Part shown: piece by piece, positions 13,155 to 25,360 of the stretch
How the letters are laid out: the number at the start of each line of letters is the position of its first letter
Position numbering within the stretch: the stretch's first letter is position 1
DNA from: a virus
Taxonomy: Duplodnaviria; Heunggongvirae; Uroviricota; Caudoviricetes
IMG/VR virus record: IMGVR_UViG_2534681766_000005
Length of the DNA stretch: 36,518 bases
Strand: one strand, 5' to 3'
Notes under the pieces: generated by a model
What the model saw: the letters and a program-made list of their open reading frames with translations, nothing else
Databases searched by the model: none
Told to the model about the DNA's origin: nothing
Position numbers and translations under genes: made by a program

Positions 13155-13348
13155 CGCCAACAGCGGCAATACCATTAAACCATCCCGAAGGCGCGTAACT
13201 GTACTGAGCGCGTCAGCGCGACGTACGCGAAGCGTACTCAGGTACAATGAAGCGACTTTGGGTATATGGACATACTACTGGCGTTAAGTCAGCGACTCGC
13301 CGACCCTCCCGGCACAAAAGGCCGGAAACGCTATTGCCACTGCTGGCG
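13155..13348 (-). ncRNA. msr-msd: retron msr-msd region, bounded by inverted repeats a1 (13333-13348) and a2 (13155-13170)
   Basis: 16-nt inverted repeats (CGCCAGCAGTGGCAAT / ATTGCCGCUGUUGGCG, two G-U wobbles) flank short hairpins (e.g. CCGGC..GCCGG at 13310-13326) and a dyad-rich segment at 13201-13245; directly upstream of ret on the same strand. Confidence 0.65.
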
Positions 13349-13419
13349 AAAGCAGATTAACACGATATCTTGAAGCGCATCACGCTGCGCACAGCAAAAA
13401 CCCTGCACAGCGCATATTT

Positions 13420-14061
13420 TTAAACGCCGAACTCTTCGCGATAGGCCTTAACCGCCGCCAGATGTTCCGCCATTTCCGGCTTCTCTTCCAGGTAAGCAAT
13501 CAGGTCTTTCAGGGTGATGATAGAGATCACTTTGCAGTTGTAATCACGCTCAACTTCCTGAATCGCCGAAATCTCGCCGCGCCCCCGTTCCTGACGATCG
13601 AGCGAAATCAACACGCCAGCAAGCGTCGCGCCATTGGCCTGAATAATTTCCATCGACTCACGAATCGCCGTTCCGGCGGTGATCACATCATCTACCAGCA
13701 TTACGCGTCCTTGTAACGCGCTACCAACCAGATTGCCGCCTTCACCGTGATCTTTTGCTTCTTTGCGGTTAAAGCAGTACGGCAGGGCCAGGGCATGATG
13801 CTCCGCCAGCGCCACGGCGGTTGTGGTGGCAATCGGGATCCCTTTGTAAGCAGGGCCAAACAGCAGATCGAACTCAATGCCGGAATCCACCAACGCTTCA
13901 GCGTAAAAACGGCCTAACAGTGCCAGATCGCGCCCGGTATTAAACAGCCCGGCGTTGAAGAAATAGGGGCTTTTGCGCCCGGACTTCAACGTAAACTCGC
14001 CAAACTTTAACACCTGCTTGCTAAGCGCAAATTCAATAAACTGGCGCTGATATGGTTTCAT
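13420..14061 (-). CDS. pyrE: orotate phosphoribosyltransferase
   Basis: From ATG at 14059-14061: [57 protein letters not shown]... 213 aa. Confidence 0.95.
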   Translation of the reverse strand: MKPYQRQFIEFALSKQVLKFGEFTLKSGRKSPYFFNAGLFNTGRDLALLGRFYAEALVDSGIEFDLLFGPAYKGIPIATTTAVALAEHHALALPYCFNRKEAKDHGEGGNLVGSALQGRVMLVDDVITAGTAIRESMEIIQANGATLAGVLISLDRQERGRGEISAIQEVERDYNCKVISIITLKDLIAYLEEKPEMAEHLAAVKAYREEFGV

Positions 14062-14092
14062 GCCTTCGCTCCTCATCTTACTTTTCTACAGA

Positions 14093-14120
14093 CAAAAAAA
14101 AGGCGACTCATCAGTCGCCT
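14093..14120 (-). terminator. pyrE attenuator (rho-independent terminator in rph-pyrE intercistronic region)
   Basis: Minus-strand stem AGGCGACU-GAUG-AGUCGCCU followed by a U8 run, between rph stop (14127) and pyrE start (14061). Confidence 0.8.
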
Positions 14121-14126
14121 TAAAAA

Positions 14127-14843
14127 TCAGTTTGCCAGCGCCGCCTTCTGCGTCGCTACAATGGATTCGATTCCCCCTCGGGCCAGCGCCAACAAGGTGA
14201 GTAACTCTTCATGGGTGAACGGCTCGCCTTCTGCCGTCCCCTGCACTTCAATAATGCGCCCGTCTTCGGTCATCACTACGTTCATGTCGGTCTCTGCGGC
14301 TGAGTCTTCAACGTATTCCAGATCGCAAATTGCTTCACCGTTTACAATACCGACAGAAACCGCGGCTACCATCCCTTTCATTGGATTGGTTTTCAGCTTG
14401 CCGTTTTCCACCAGCTTCTGTAGCGCATCTGCCAGCGCCACACAGGCACCCGTAATCGAAGCGGTACGCGTGCCACCATCAGCCTGAAGCACGTCGCAGT
14501 CCAGCGTAATGGTGAACTCACCCAGCGCTTTCAAATCTACTGCCGCGCGAAGTGCACGGGCGATCAGACGCTGGATTTCCATTGTGCGTCCACCCTGCTT
14601 ACCTTTCGCTGCTTCACGAGCGTTACGGGTGTGGGTAGAACGCGGCAGCATACCGTACTCTGCGGTGATCCAGCCCTGGCCCTGACCTTTCAGGAAGCGC
14701 GGCACGCCTTCTTCAATAGAGGCGGTACACAACACTTTGGTATCGCCAAATTCGACCAGCACCGAGCCTTCTGCATGTTTTGTATAGTTACGAGTCAGGG
14801 TAACGGGACGCACCTGATTATTGCTACGGCCTGCTGGACGCAT
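14127..14843 (-). CDS. rph: ribonuclease PH (intact reading frame)
   Basis: From ATG 14841-14843: [45 protein letters not shown]... 238 aa with no frameshift. Confidence 0.95.
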   Translation of the reverse strand: MRPAGRSNNQVRPVTLTRNYTKHAEGSVLVEFGDTKVLCTASIEEGVPRFLKGQGQGWITAEYGMLPRSTHTRNAREAAKGKQGGRTMEIQRLIARALRAAVDLKALGEFTITLDCDVLQADGGTRTASITGACVALADALQKLVENGKLKTNPMKGMVAAVSVGIVNGEAICDLEYVEDSAAETDMNVVMTEDGRIIEVQGTAEGEPFTHEELLTLLALARGGIESIVATQKAALAN

Positions 14844-14969
14844 ATTGAAATCTCCGGCTTGAAACAAATGTGGCTGCGCATTATACGGACTTCCGGCGGT
14901 TATTCCTATCCTGACAAGGCATCGATGGCTATAATCCTCCCACCTCTCCTTTTATAAACAGGAACGTCT

Positions 14970-15833
14970 ATGATCCGCAGTATGACCGCCTACGCCCGGC
15001 GTGAAATCAAGGGTGAATGGGGGAGCGCAACCTGGGAAATGCGCTCGGTAAACCAGCGTTATCTGGAAACTTACTTTCGTCTGCCGGAGCAGTTCCGTAG
15101 CCTTGAACCTGTCGTTCGCGAGCGTATTCGTTCTCGCCTGACGCGCGGTAAAGTGGAATGTACCCTGCGCTATGAGCCAGATGTTAGCGCACAAGGTGAG
15201 CTGATCCTCAACGAAAAACTGGCTAAACAGCTGGTAACTGCCGCGAACTGGGTAAAAATGCAGAGTGACGAAGGGGAAATCAACCCGGTTGATATTCTAC
15301 GCTGGCCGGGCGTGATGGCAGCCCAGGAGCAGGATCTCGACGCGATTGCCGCTGAAATTCTCGCGGCGTTGGATGGTACCCTGGACGACTTTATCGTCGC
15401 GCGCGAAACCGAAGGTCAGGCGCTGAAAGCATTGATCGAGCAGCGTCTGGAAGGCGTCACCGCCGAAGTGGTCAAAGTCCGCGCCCATATGCCGGAAATC
15501 CTGCAATGGCAGCGTGAGCGTCTGGTCGCGAAGCTGGAAGATGCTCAGGTTCAGTTGGAAAACAACCGTCTGGAGCAGGAGTTGGTTCTGCTGGCACAAC
15601 GAATTGACGTTGCCGAAGAACTGGACCGCCTGGAAGCGCATGTCAAAGAGACCTACAACATTCTGAAGAAAAAAGAAGCCGTTGGTCGTCGTCTGGACTT
15701 TATGATGCAGGAATTCAACCGCGAGTCGAACACTCTTGCGTCGAAATCTATCAATGCCGAAGTGACAAACTCCGCCATCGAGCTGAAAGTGTTGATTGAG
15801 CAGATGCGCGAGCAGATTCAGAATATTGAGTAA
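14970..15833 (+). CDS. yicC: YicC-family protein
   Basis: 287-aa ORF MIRSMTAYARREIKGEWGSATWEMRSVNQRYLETYFRLPEQFRSLEP... Confidence 0.9.
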   Translation: MIRSMTAYARREIKGEWGSATWEMRSVNQRYLETYFRLPEQFRSLEPVVRERIRSRLTRGKVECTLRYEPDVSAQGELILNEKLAKQLVTAANWVKMQSDEGEINPVDILRWPGVMAAQEQDLDAIAAEILAALDGTLDDFIVARETEGQALKALIEQRLEGVTAEVVKVRAHMPEILQWQRERLVAKLEDAQVQLENNRLEQELVLLAQRIDVAEELDRLEAHVKETYNILKKKEAVGRRLDFMMQEFNRESNTLASKSINAEVTNSAIELKVLIEQMREQIQNIE

Positions 15834-15992
15834 CTCGTAACACTAATTCTTACTTTTCAGCCTTCACAAATGCCGCCCACTCAAACAGAGCGGCATTTTT
15901 CTTCCCCGCAACTTCAATTCTGTTTTGCGTGCCTGCTCCAGATTTTGCGATGTTTTTTTGCCCAGCACACTGAGAACGTGAGATACTCACAA

Positions 15993-16008
15993 CTGTATAT
16001 AAATACAG
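15993..16008 (+). promoter_or_regulatory. LexA box (SOS operator) upstream of dinD
   Basis: CTGTATATAAATACAG matches the CTGT-N8-ACAG consensus, ~45 bp upstream of the dinD start. Confidence 0.8.
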
Positions 16009-16053
16009 TTACAGATTTACTTTCTTTGCAATCGATATCACATGGAGTGGGCA

Positions 16054-16656
16054 ATGAACGAACATCATCAACCTTTTGAAGAGATAAAACTGATTAATGC
16101 AAACGGAGCAGAACAATGGTCAGCAAGACAACTTGGGAAACTACTGGGTTATTCAGAGTATCGTCACTTTATACCTGTATTAACGCGCGCCAAAGAGGCC
16201 TGTGAGAACAGTGGTCACACAATTGATGACCATTTCGAGGAGATCCTCGATATGGTCAAAATTGGCTCAAATGCCAAAAGAGCATTAAAAGACATCGTAC
16301 TCTCCCGCTATGCCTGTTACCTGGTAGTACAAAACGGCGACCCCGCGAAACCGGTCATTGCGGCAGGGCAGACTTATTTTGCTATCCAGACCCGACGGCA
16401 GGAGCTTGCTGACGATGAAGCATTTAAGCAACTTCGTGAAGACGAAAAGCGTCTGTTTCTGAGAAATGAGTTGAAAGAACATAACAAACAATTGGTTGAG
16501 GCAGCACAGCAAGCTAATACCACACACTTTGACGTGGGTAGCAAGGTGAGGCAAACCATTCAGGAACTTGGCGGAACCATGCCTGAGGAGTTGCCGACCC
16601 CGCAGGTCAGCATCAAGCAGTTGGAAAACAGTGTAAAAATTACAGAGAAGAAATAG
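16054..16656 (+). CDS. dinD: DNA-damage-inducible protein D
   Basis: ORF MNEHHQPFEEIKLINANGAEQWSARQLGKLLGY... downstream of a LexA box; an in-frame ATG at 16042 is an alternative start; product is about 200 aa. Confidence 0.8.
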   Translation: MNEHHQPFEEIKLINANGAEQWSARQLGKLLGYSEYRHFIPVLTRAKEACENSGHTIDDHFEEILDMVKIGSNAKRALKDIVLSRYACYLVVQNGDPAKPVIAAGQTYFAIQTRRQELADDEAFKQLREDEKRLFLRNELKEHNKQLVEAAQQANTTHFDVGSKVRQTIQELGGTMPEELPTPQVSIKQLENSVKITEKK

Positions 16657-16946
16657 CAGAAACGAAAAACTCTTTTTGTTGATTGAGACACCCGATGCGT
16701 AAGCCAAGGTCCAGGTGCAGTGAACACAATGGCTAAACATTGCACCTTTCTTTTCCCCCCTCAGTTTTAACCTATTTTTTCTTATGCATTTTCTCAGACA
16801 AGAAGTCAGAAGAATGCATCTACGCTACAGAAAATAGCGATTTCACATAACTACAAGTTATCAATTTCCTCTCACCTTAAAAAATCTCAATCGTGACAAT
16901 ACGCACAAATCGCTACCCTGCCAGACAGATTTTTAGGGAGAGAACC

Positions 16947-19353
<2,407 letters not shown>

Positions 19354-19372
19354 TCACAGGCAAATGCGGAAA

Positions 19373-20120
<748 letters not shown>

Positions 20121-20174
20121 ACCTGATTTCAGTATCATGCCCAGTCATTTCTTCACCTGTGGAGCTTTTTAAGT

Positions 20175-20450
20175 ATGGCACGCGTAACTGTTCAGGACGC
20201 TGTAGAGAAAATTGGTAACCGTTTTGACCTGGTACTGGTCGCCGCGCGTCGCGCTCGTCAGATGCAGGTAGGCGGAAAGGATCCGCTGGTACCGGAAGAA
20301 AACGATAAAACCACTGTAATCGCGCTGCGCGAAATCGAAGAAGGTCTGATCAACAACCAGATCCTCGACGTTCGCGAACGCCAGGAACAGCAAGAGCAGG
20401 AAGCCGCTGAATTACAAGCCGTTACCGCTATTGCTGAAGGTCGTCGTTAA
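20175..20450 (+). CDS. rpoZ: RNA polymerase omega subunit
   Basis: 91-aa [62 protein letters not shown]... Confidence 0.95.
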
Positions 20451-20468
20451 TCACAAAGCGGGTCGCCC

Positions 20469-22577
20469 TTGTATCTGTTTGAAAGCCTGAATCAACTGAT
20501 TCAAACCTACCTGCCGGAAGACCAAATCAAGCGTCTGCGGCAGGCGTATCTCGTTGCACGTGATGCTCACGAGGGGCAAACACGTTCAAGCGGTGAACCC
20601 TATATCACGCACCCGGTAGCGGTTGCCTGCATTCTGGCCGAGATGAAACTCGACTATGAAACGCTGATGGCGGCGCTGCTGCATGACGTGATTGAAGATA
20701 CTCCCGCCACCTACCAGGATATGGAACAGCTTTTTGGTAAAAGCGTCGCCGAGCTGGTAGAGGGGGTGTCGAAACTTGATAAACTCAAGTTCCGCGATAA
20801 GAAAGAGGCGCAGGCCGAAACCTTTCGCAAGATGATTATGGCGATGGTGCAGGATATCCGCGTCATCCTCATCAAACTTGCCGACCGTACCCACAACATG
20901 CGCACGCTGGGCTCACTTCGCCCGGACAAACGTCGCCGCATCGCCCGTGAAACTCTCGAAATTTATAGCCCGCTGGCGCACCGTTTAGGTATCCACCACA
21001 TTAAAACCGAACTCGAAGAGCTGGGTTTTGAGGCGCTGTATCCCAATCGTTACCGCGTAATTAAAGAAGTGGTGAAAGCCGCGCGCGGCAACCGTAAAGA
21101 GATGATCCAAAAAATCCTCTCTGAAATCGAAGGGCGTTTGCAGGAAGCGGGAATACCGTGCCGCGTCAGTGGTCGCGAAAAGCATCTTTATTCGATTTAC
21201 TGCAAAATGGTGCTCAAAGAGCAGCGTTTTCACTCAATCATGGACATCTACGCTTTCCGCGTGATCGTCAATGATTCTGACACCTGTTATCGCGTGCTCG
21301 GGCAAATGCATAGCCTGTACAAGCCGCGTCCGGGTCGCGTGAAAGACTACATCGCCATTCCAAAAGCGAACGGCTATCAGTCTTTGCACACCTCGATGAT
21401 CGGCCCGCACGGTGTGCCGGTTGAGGTCCAGATCCGTACCGAAGATATGGATCAGATGGCGGAGATGGGTGTTGCCGCGCACTGGGCTTATAAAGAGCAC
21501 GGCGAAACCAGCACCACCGCGCAAATCCGCGCCCAGCGCTGGATGCAAAGCCTGCTGGAGCTGCAACAGAGCGCCGGTAGTTCGTTTGAATTTATCGAGA
21601 GCGTTAAATCCGATCTCTTCCCGGATGAGATTTACGTTTTCACACCGGAAGGGCGAATTGTCGAGCTGCCTGCCGGTGCAACGCCCGTCGACTTCGCTTA
21701 TGCAGTGCATACCGATATCGGTCATGCCTGCGTGGGCGCACGCGTTGACCGCCAGCCTTACCCGCTGTCGCAGCCGCTTACCAGCGGTCAAACCGTTGAA
21801 ATCATTACCGCACCGGGCGCTCGCCCGAATGCCGCGTGGCTGAACTTTGTCGTTAGCTCAAAAGCGCGCGCCAAAATTCGTCAGTTGCTGAAAAACCTCA
21901 AGCGTGATGATTCTGTAAGCCTGGGCCGTCGTCTGCTCAACCATGCTTTGGGTGGTAGCCGTAAGCTGAATGAAATCCCGCAGGAAAATATTCAGCGCGA
22001 GCTGGATCGCATGAAGCTGGCAACGCTTGACGATCTGCTGGCAGAAATCGGACTTGGTAACGCAATGAGCGTGGTGGTCGCGAAAAATCTGCAACATGGG
22101 GACGCCTCCATTCCACCGGCAACCCAAAGCCACGGACATCTGCCCATTAAAGGTGCCGATGGCGTGCTGATCACCTTTGCGAAATGCTGCCGCCCTATTC
22201 CTGGCGACCCGATTATCGCCCACGTCAGCCCCGGTAAAGGTCTGGTGATCCACCATGAATCCTGCCGTAATATCCGTGGCTACCAGAAAGAGCCAGAGAA
22301 GTTTATGGCTGTGGAATGGGATAAAGAGACGGCGCAGGAGTTCATCACCGAAATCAAGGTGGAGATGTTCAATCATCAGGGCGCGCTGGCAAACCTGACG
22401 GCGGCAATTAACACCACGACTTCGAATATTCAAAGTTTGAATACGGAAGAGAAAGATGGTCGCGTCTACAGCGCCTTTATTCGTCTGACCGCCCGTGACC
22501 GTGTGCATCTGGCGAATATCATGCGCAAAATCCGCGTGATGCCAGACGTGATTAAAGTCACCCGAAACCGAAATTAA
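20469..22577 (+). CDS. spoT: bifunctional (p)ppGpp synthetase/hydrolase SpoT
   Basis: 702-aa ORF, TTG start at 20469; HD domain (HDVIEDT), synthetase domain, TGS and ACT regions; follows rpoZ. Confidence 0.95.
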   Translation: MYLFESLNQLIQTYLPEDQIKRLRQAYLVARDAHEGQTRSSGEPYITHPVAVACILAEMKLDYETLMAALLHDVIEDTPATYQDMEQLFGKSVAELVEGVSKLDKLKFRDKKEAQAETFRKMIMAMVQDIRVILIKLADRTHNMRTLGSLRPDKRRRIARETLEIYSPLAHRLGIHHIKTELEELGFEALYPNRYRVIKEVVKAARGNRKEMIQKILSEIEGRLQEAGIPCRVSGREKHLYSIYCKMVLKEQRFHSIMDIYAFRVIVNDSDTCYRVLGQMHSLYKPRPGRVKDYIAIPKANGYQSLHTSMIGPHGVPVEVQIRTEDMDQMAEMGVAAHWAYKEHGETSTTAQIRAQRWMQSLLELQQSAGSSFEFIESVKSDLFPDEIYVFTPEGRIVELPAGATPVDFAYAVHTDIGHACVGARVDRQPYPLSQPLTSGQTVEIITAPGARPNAAWLNFVVSSKARAKIRQLLKNLKRDDSVSLGRRLLNHALGGSRKLNEIPQENIQRELDRMKLATLDDLLAEIGLGNAMSVVVAKNLQHGDASIPPATQSHGHLPIKGADGVLITFAKCCRPIPGDPIIAHVSPGKGLVIHHESCRNIRGYQKEPEKFMAVEWDKETAQEFITEIKVEMFNHQGALANLTAAINTTTSNIQSLNTEEKDGRVYSAFIRLTARDRVHLANIMRKIRVMPDVIKVTRNRN

Positions 22578-22583
22578 TGTTTT

Positions 22584-23273
22584 ATGAACCCAACACGTTA
22601 TGCACGCATCTGCGAAATGCTCGCCAGGCGGCAGCCTGATCTGACCGTCTGCATGGAGCAGGTCCACAAACCTCATAACGTTTCTGCGATTATTCGTACC
22701 GCAGATGCCGTTGGCGTACATGAAGTTCACGCCGTCTGGCCTGGTAGCCGCATGCGCACCATGGCTTCGGCAGCGGCGGGTAGTAACAGCTGGGTACAGG
22801 TGAAAACACACCGCACCATTGGCGATGCCGTCGCTCATCTCAAAGGCCAGGGCATGCAGATTCTGGCAACCCATCTTTCTGATAACGCTGTCGATTTCCG
22901 CGAAATTGATTACACTCGCCCGACCTGCATTTTGATGGGACAGGAGAAAACGGGCATCACGCAGGAAGCATTGGCCCTGGCGGATCAGGACATCATCATT
23001 CCGATGATCGGCATGGTGCAGTCGCTGAATGTTTCCGTTGCCTCAGCCCTCATTCTTTACGAAGCCCAGCGTCAGCGGCAAAATGCAGGCATGTACCTGC
23101 GTGAAAACAGCATGTTGCCGGAAGCAGAGCAACAACGCCTGTTGTTTGAAGGCGGCTATCCGGTGCTGGCGAAAGTCGCAAAACGCAAAGGCCTGCCTTA
23201 TCCCCACGTCAATCAGCAAGGCGAGATCGAAGCTGATGCCGACTGGTGGGCTACTATGCAGGCTGCAGGGTAA
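22584..23273 (+). CDS. trmH: tRNA (guanosine-18 2'-O)-methyltransferase TrmH (SpoU)
   Basis: 229-aa ORF MNPTRYARICEMLARRQPDLTVCMEQVHKPHNVSAIIRTADAVGV... Confidence 0.93.
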   Translation: MNPTRYARICEMLARRQPDLTVCMEQVHKPHNVSAIIRTADAVGVHEVHAVWPGSRMRTMASAAAGSNSWVQVKTHRTIGDAVAHLKGQGMQILATHLSDNAVDFREIDYTRPTCILMGQEKTGITQEALALADQDIIIPMIGMVQSLNVSVASALILYEAQRQRQNAGMYLRENSMLPEAEQQRLLFEGGYPVLAKVAKRKGLPYPHVNQQGEIEADADWWATMQAAG

Positions 23274-23278
23274 GTGCC

Positions 23279-25360
23279 ATGAAAGGTCGCCTGTTAGATG
23301 CTGTCCCACTCAGTTCCCTAACGGGCGTTGGCGCAGCACTTAGTAACAAACTGGCGAAAATCAACCTGCATACCGTGCAGGATCTACTCTTACACCTTCC
23401 CCTGCGCTACGAAGATCGCACCCATCTCTACCCCATCGGAGAACTACTGCCGGGCGTTTATGCCACGGTGGAAGGCGAAGTGCTGAACTGCAATATCTCC
23501 TTCGGCGGTCGGCGGATGATGACCTGCCAGATCAGCGACGGTTCCGGCATCCTCACCATGCGCTTTTTCAATTTCAGCGCGGCAATGAAAAATAGCCTGG
23601 CGACGGGCCGCCGTGTACTGGCTTATGGCGAAGCAAAGCGCGGTAAATATGGTGCGGAGATGATCCACCCGGAATACCGCGTGCAGGGCGATCTCAGCAC
23701 GCCAGAATTACAGGAAACGCTCACGCCGGTTTATCCAACAACGGAAGGCGTAAAGCAGGCCACGCTGCGTAAATTAACCGACCAGGCGCTGGATCTGCTC
23801 GACACCTGCGCCATTGAAGAACTCCTGCCGCCGGAACTGTCACAAGGAATGATGACGCTACCGGAAGCGTTGCGCACTTTGCACCGCCCGCCGCCGACGC
23901 TACAGCTTAGCGATCTGGAAACCGGGCAGCATCCGGCGCAACGTCGTCTGATTCTGGAAGAACTGCTGGCGCACAACCTCAGCATGTTAGCCTTACGTGC
24001 CGGAGCACAGCGTTTTCATGCCCAGCCGCTGAGCGCCAATGACGCGCTGAAAAATAAACTCCTCGCCGCCTTACCGTTCAAGCCAACGGGCGCACAGGCA
24101 CGCGTAGTGGCGGAGATCGAGCATGATATGGCGCTGGATGTTCCAATGATGCGCCTGGTGCAGGGCGATGTAGGTTCCGGTAAAACACTGGTCGCCGCCC
24201 TCGCCGCGCTGCGTGCGATTGCCCACGGCAAACAGGTGGCCCTGATGGCACCAACCGAATTACTCGCCGAGCAGCACGCCAATAACTTCCGCAACTGGTT
24301 TGCACCGCTCGGTATCGAAGTGGGCTGGCTCGCCGGTAAGCAGAAAGGTAAAGCGCGACTGGCACAGCAGGAAGCCATCGCCAGCGGTCAGGTGCAGATG
24401 ATTGTCGGTACACACGCCATCTTCCAGGAACAGGTGCAGTTTAACGGTCTGGCGCTGGTGATTATCGACGAACAGCATCGTTTTGGCGTGCATCAGCGTC
24501 TGGCATTGTGGGAGAAAGGCCAGCAGCAGGGCTTCCATCCGCATCAGTTGATCATGACCGCCACGCCGATCCCCCGCACGCTGGCAATGACGGCGTATGC
24601 CGATCTCGATACCTCGGTGATAGATGAGCTGCCGCCAGGCCGCACGCCAGTGACTACGGTCGCTATTCCTGATCCCCGCCGTACCGACATCATTGACCGC
24701 GTGCGCCACGCCTGCATGACTGAAGGTCGTCAGGCGTACTGGGTTTGTACGTTGATTGAAGAGTCAGAGTTACTGGAAGCGCAGGCGGCGGAAGCTACCT
24801 GGGAAGAGTTGAAACTGGCGCTACCAGAATTGAATGTTGGCCTGGTACACGGGCGGATGAAACCAGCCGAGAAACAGGCGGTGATGGCGTCGTTTAAACA
24901 AGGTGAGCTACAACTGCTGGTTGCCACTACCGTTATTGAAGTCGGCGTTGATGTGCCTAACGCCAGTCTGATGATTATCGAAAACCCTGAGCGTCTGGGT
25001 CTAGCGCAGTTACACCAGCTGCGCGGGCGCGTAGGTCGTGGCGCGGTGGCTTCTCACTGCGTGCTGCTCTACAAAACGCCGCTCTCCAAAACGGCGCAAA
25101 TTCGCCTGCAAGTGCTGCGCGACAGTAACGACGGTTTTGTGATTGCGCAAAAAGATCTGGAGATTCGCGGCCCTGGCGAATTGTTAGGCACGCGTCAGAC
25201 GGGTAATGCTGAATTTAAAGTGGCGGATTTACTGCGCGATCAGGCGATGATCCCGGAAGTTCAGCGCCTGGCGCGACATATTCACGAACGTTACCCACAA
25301 CAAGCAAAAGCCCTGATAGAACGCTGGATGCCGGAGACGGAACGTTACTCCAACGCATGA
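23279..25360 (+). CDS. recG: ATP-dependent DNA helicase RecG
   Basis: From ATG 23279: MKGRLLDAVPLSSLTGVGAALSNKLAKINLHTVQDLL...; Walker A GDVGSGKT, DEQH box, helicase C motifs; 693 aa. Confidence 0.95.
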   Translation: MKGRLLDAVPLSSLTGVGAALSNKLAKINLHTVQDLLLHLPLRYEDRTHLYPIGELLPGVYATVEGEVLNCNISFGGRRMMTCQISDGSGILTMRFFNFSAAMKNSLATGRRVLAYGEAKRGKYGAEMIHPEYRVQGDLSTPELQETLTPVYPTTEGVKQATLRKLTDQALDLLDTCAIEELLPPELSQGMMTLPEALRTLHRPPPTLQLSDLETGQHPAQRRLILEELLAHNLSMLALRAGAQRFHAQPLSANDALKNKLLAALPFKPTGAQARVVAEIEHDMALDVPMMRLVQGDVGSGKTLVAALAALRAIAHGKQVALMAPTELLAEQHANNFRNWFAPLGIEVGWLAGKQKGKARLAQQEAIASGQVQMIVGTHAIFQEQVQFNGLALVIIDEQHRFGVHQRLALWEKGQQQGFHPHQLIMTATPIPRTLAMTAYADLDTSVIDELPPGRTPVTTVAIPDPRRTDIIDRVRHACMTEGRQAYWVCTLIEESELLEAQAAEATWEELKLALPELNVGLVHGRMKPAEKQAVMASFKQGELQLLVATTVIEVGVDVPNASLMIIENPERLGLAQLHQLRGRVGRGAVASHCVLLYKTPLSKTAQIRLQVLRDSNDGFVIAQKDLEIRGPGELLGTRQTGNAEFKVADLLRDQAMIPEVQRLARHIHERYPQQAKALIERWMPETERYSNA

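Noticed and set aside
12957-13287. ORFs of 96 aa (minus) and 102 aa (plus) overlapping the ret start and the msr/msd region
   Set aside because: The region is better explained as structured non-coding retron RNA (inverted repeats and palindromes); translations are low-complexity and overlap the RT start in another frame. Kept in mind only as a remote effector possibility.
16657-16946. 290-bp dinD-yicG intergenic region with a C-run (ttttcccccctc) and AT-rich tract
   Set aside because: No ORF, repeat structure or recognisable motif beyond ordinary promoter-like AT-richness; insufficient evidence for a feature.
21858-22874. 338-aa minus-strand ORF (and several shorter ones at 20586-20941 and 21234-21791) antisense to spoT and trmH
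   Set aside because: Lies entirely within highly conserved, well-supported genes on the opposite strand; GC-rich antisense frames commonly stay open by chance. No independent start context or recognisable domain.
24016-24709. Overlapping minus-strand ORFs (120, 111 and 149 aa) inside recG
   Set aside because: Antisense to a conserved helicase gene, with low-complexity Ala/Ser/Arg-rich translations typical of spurious frames.
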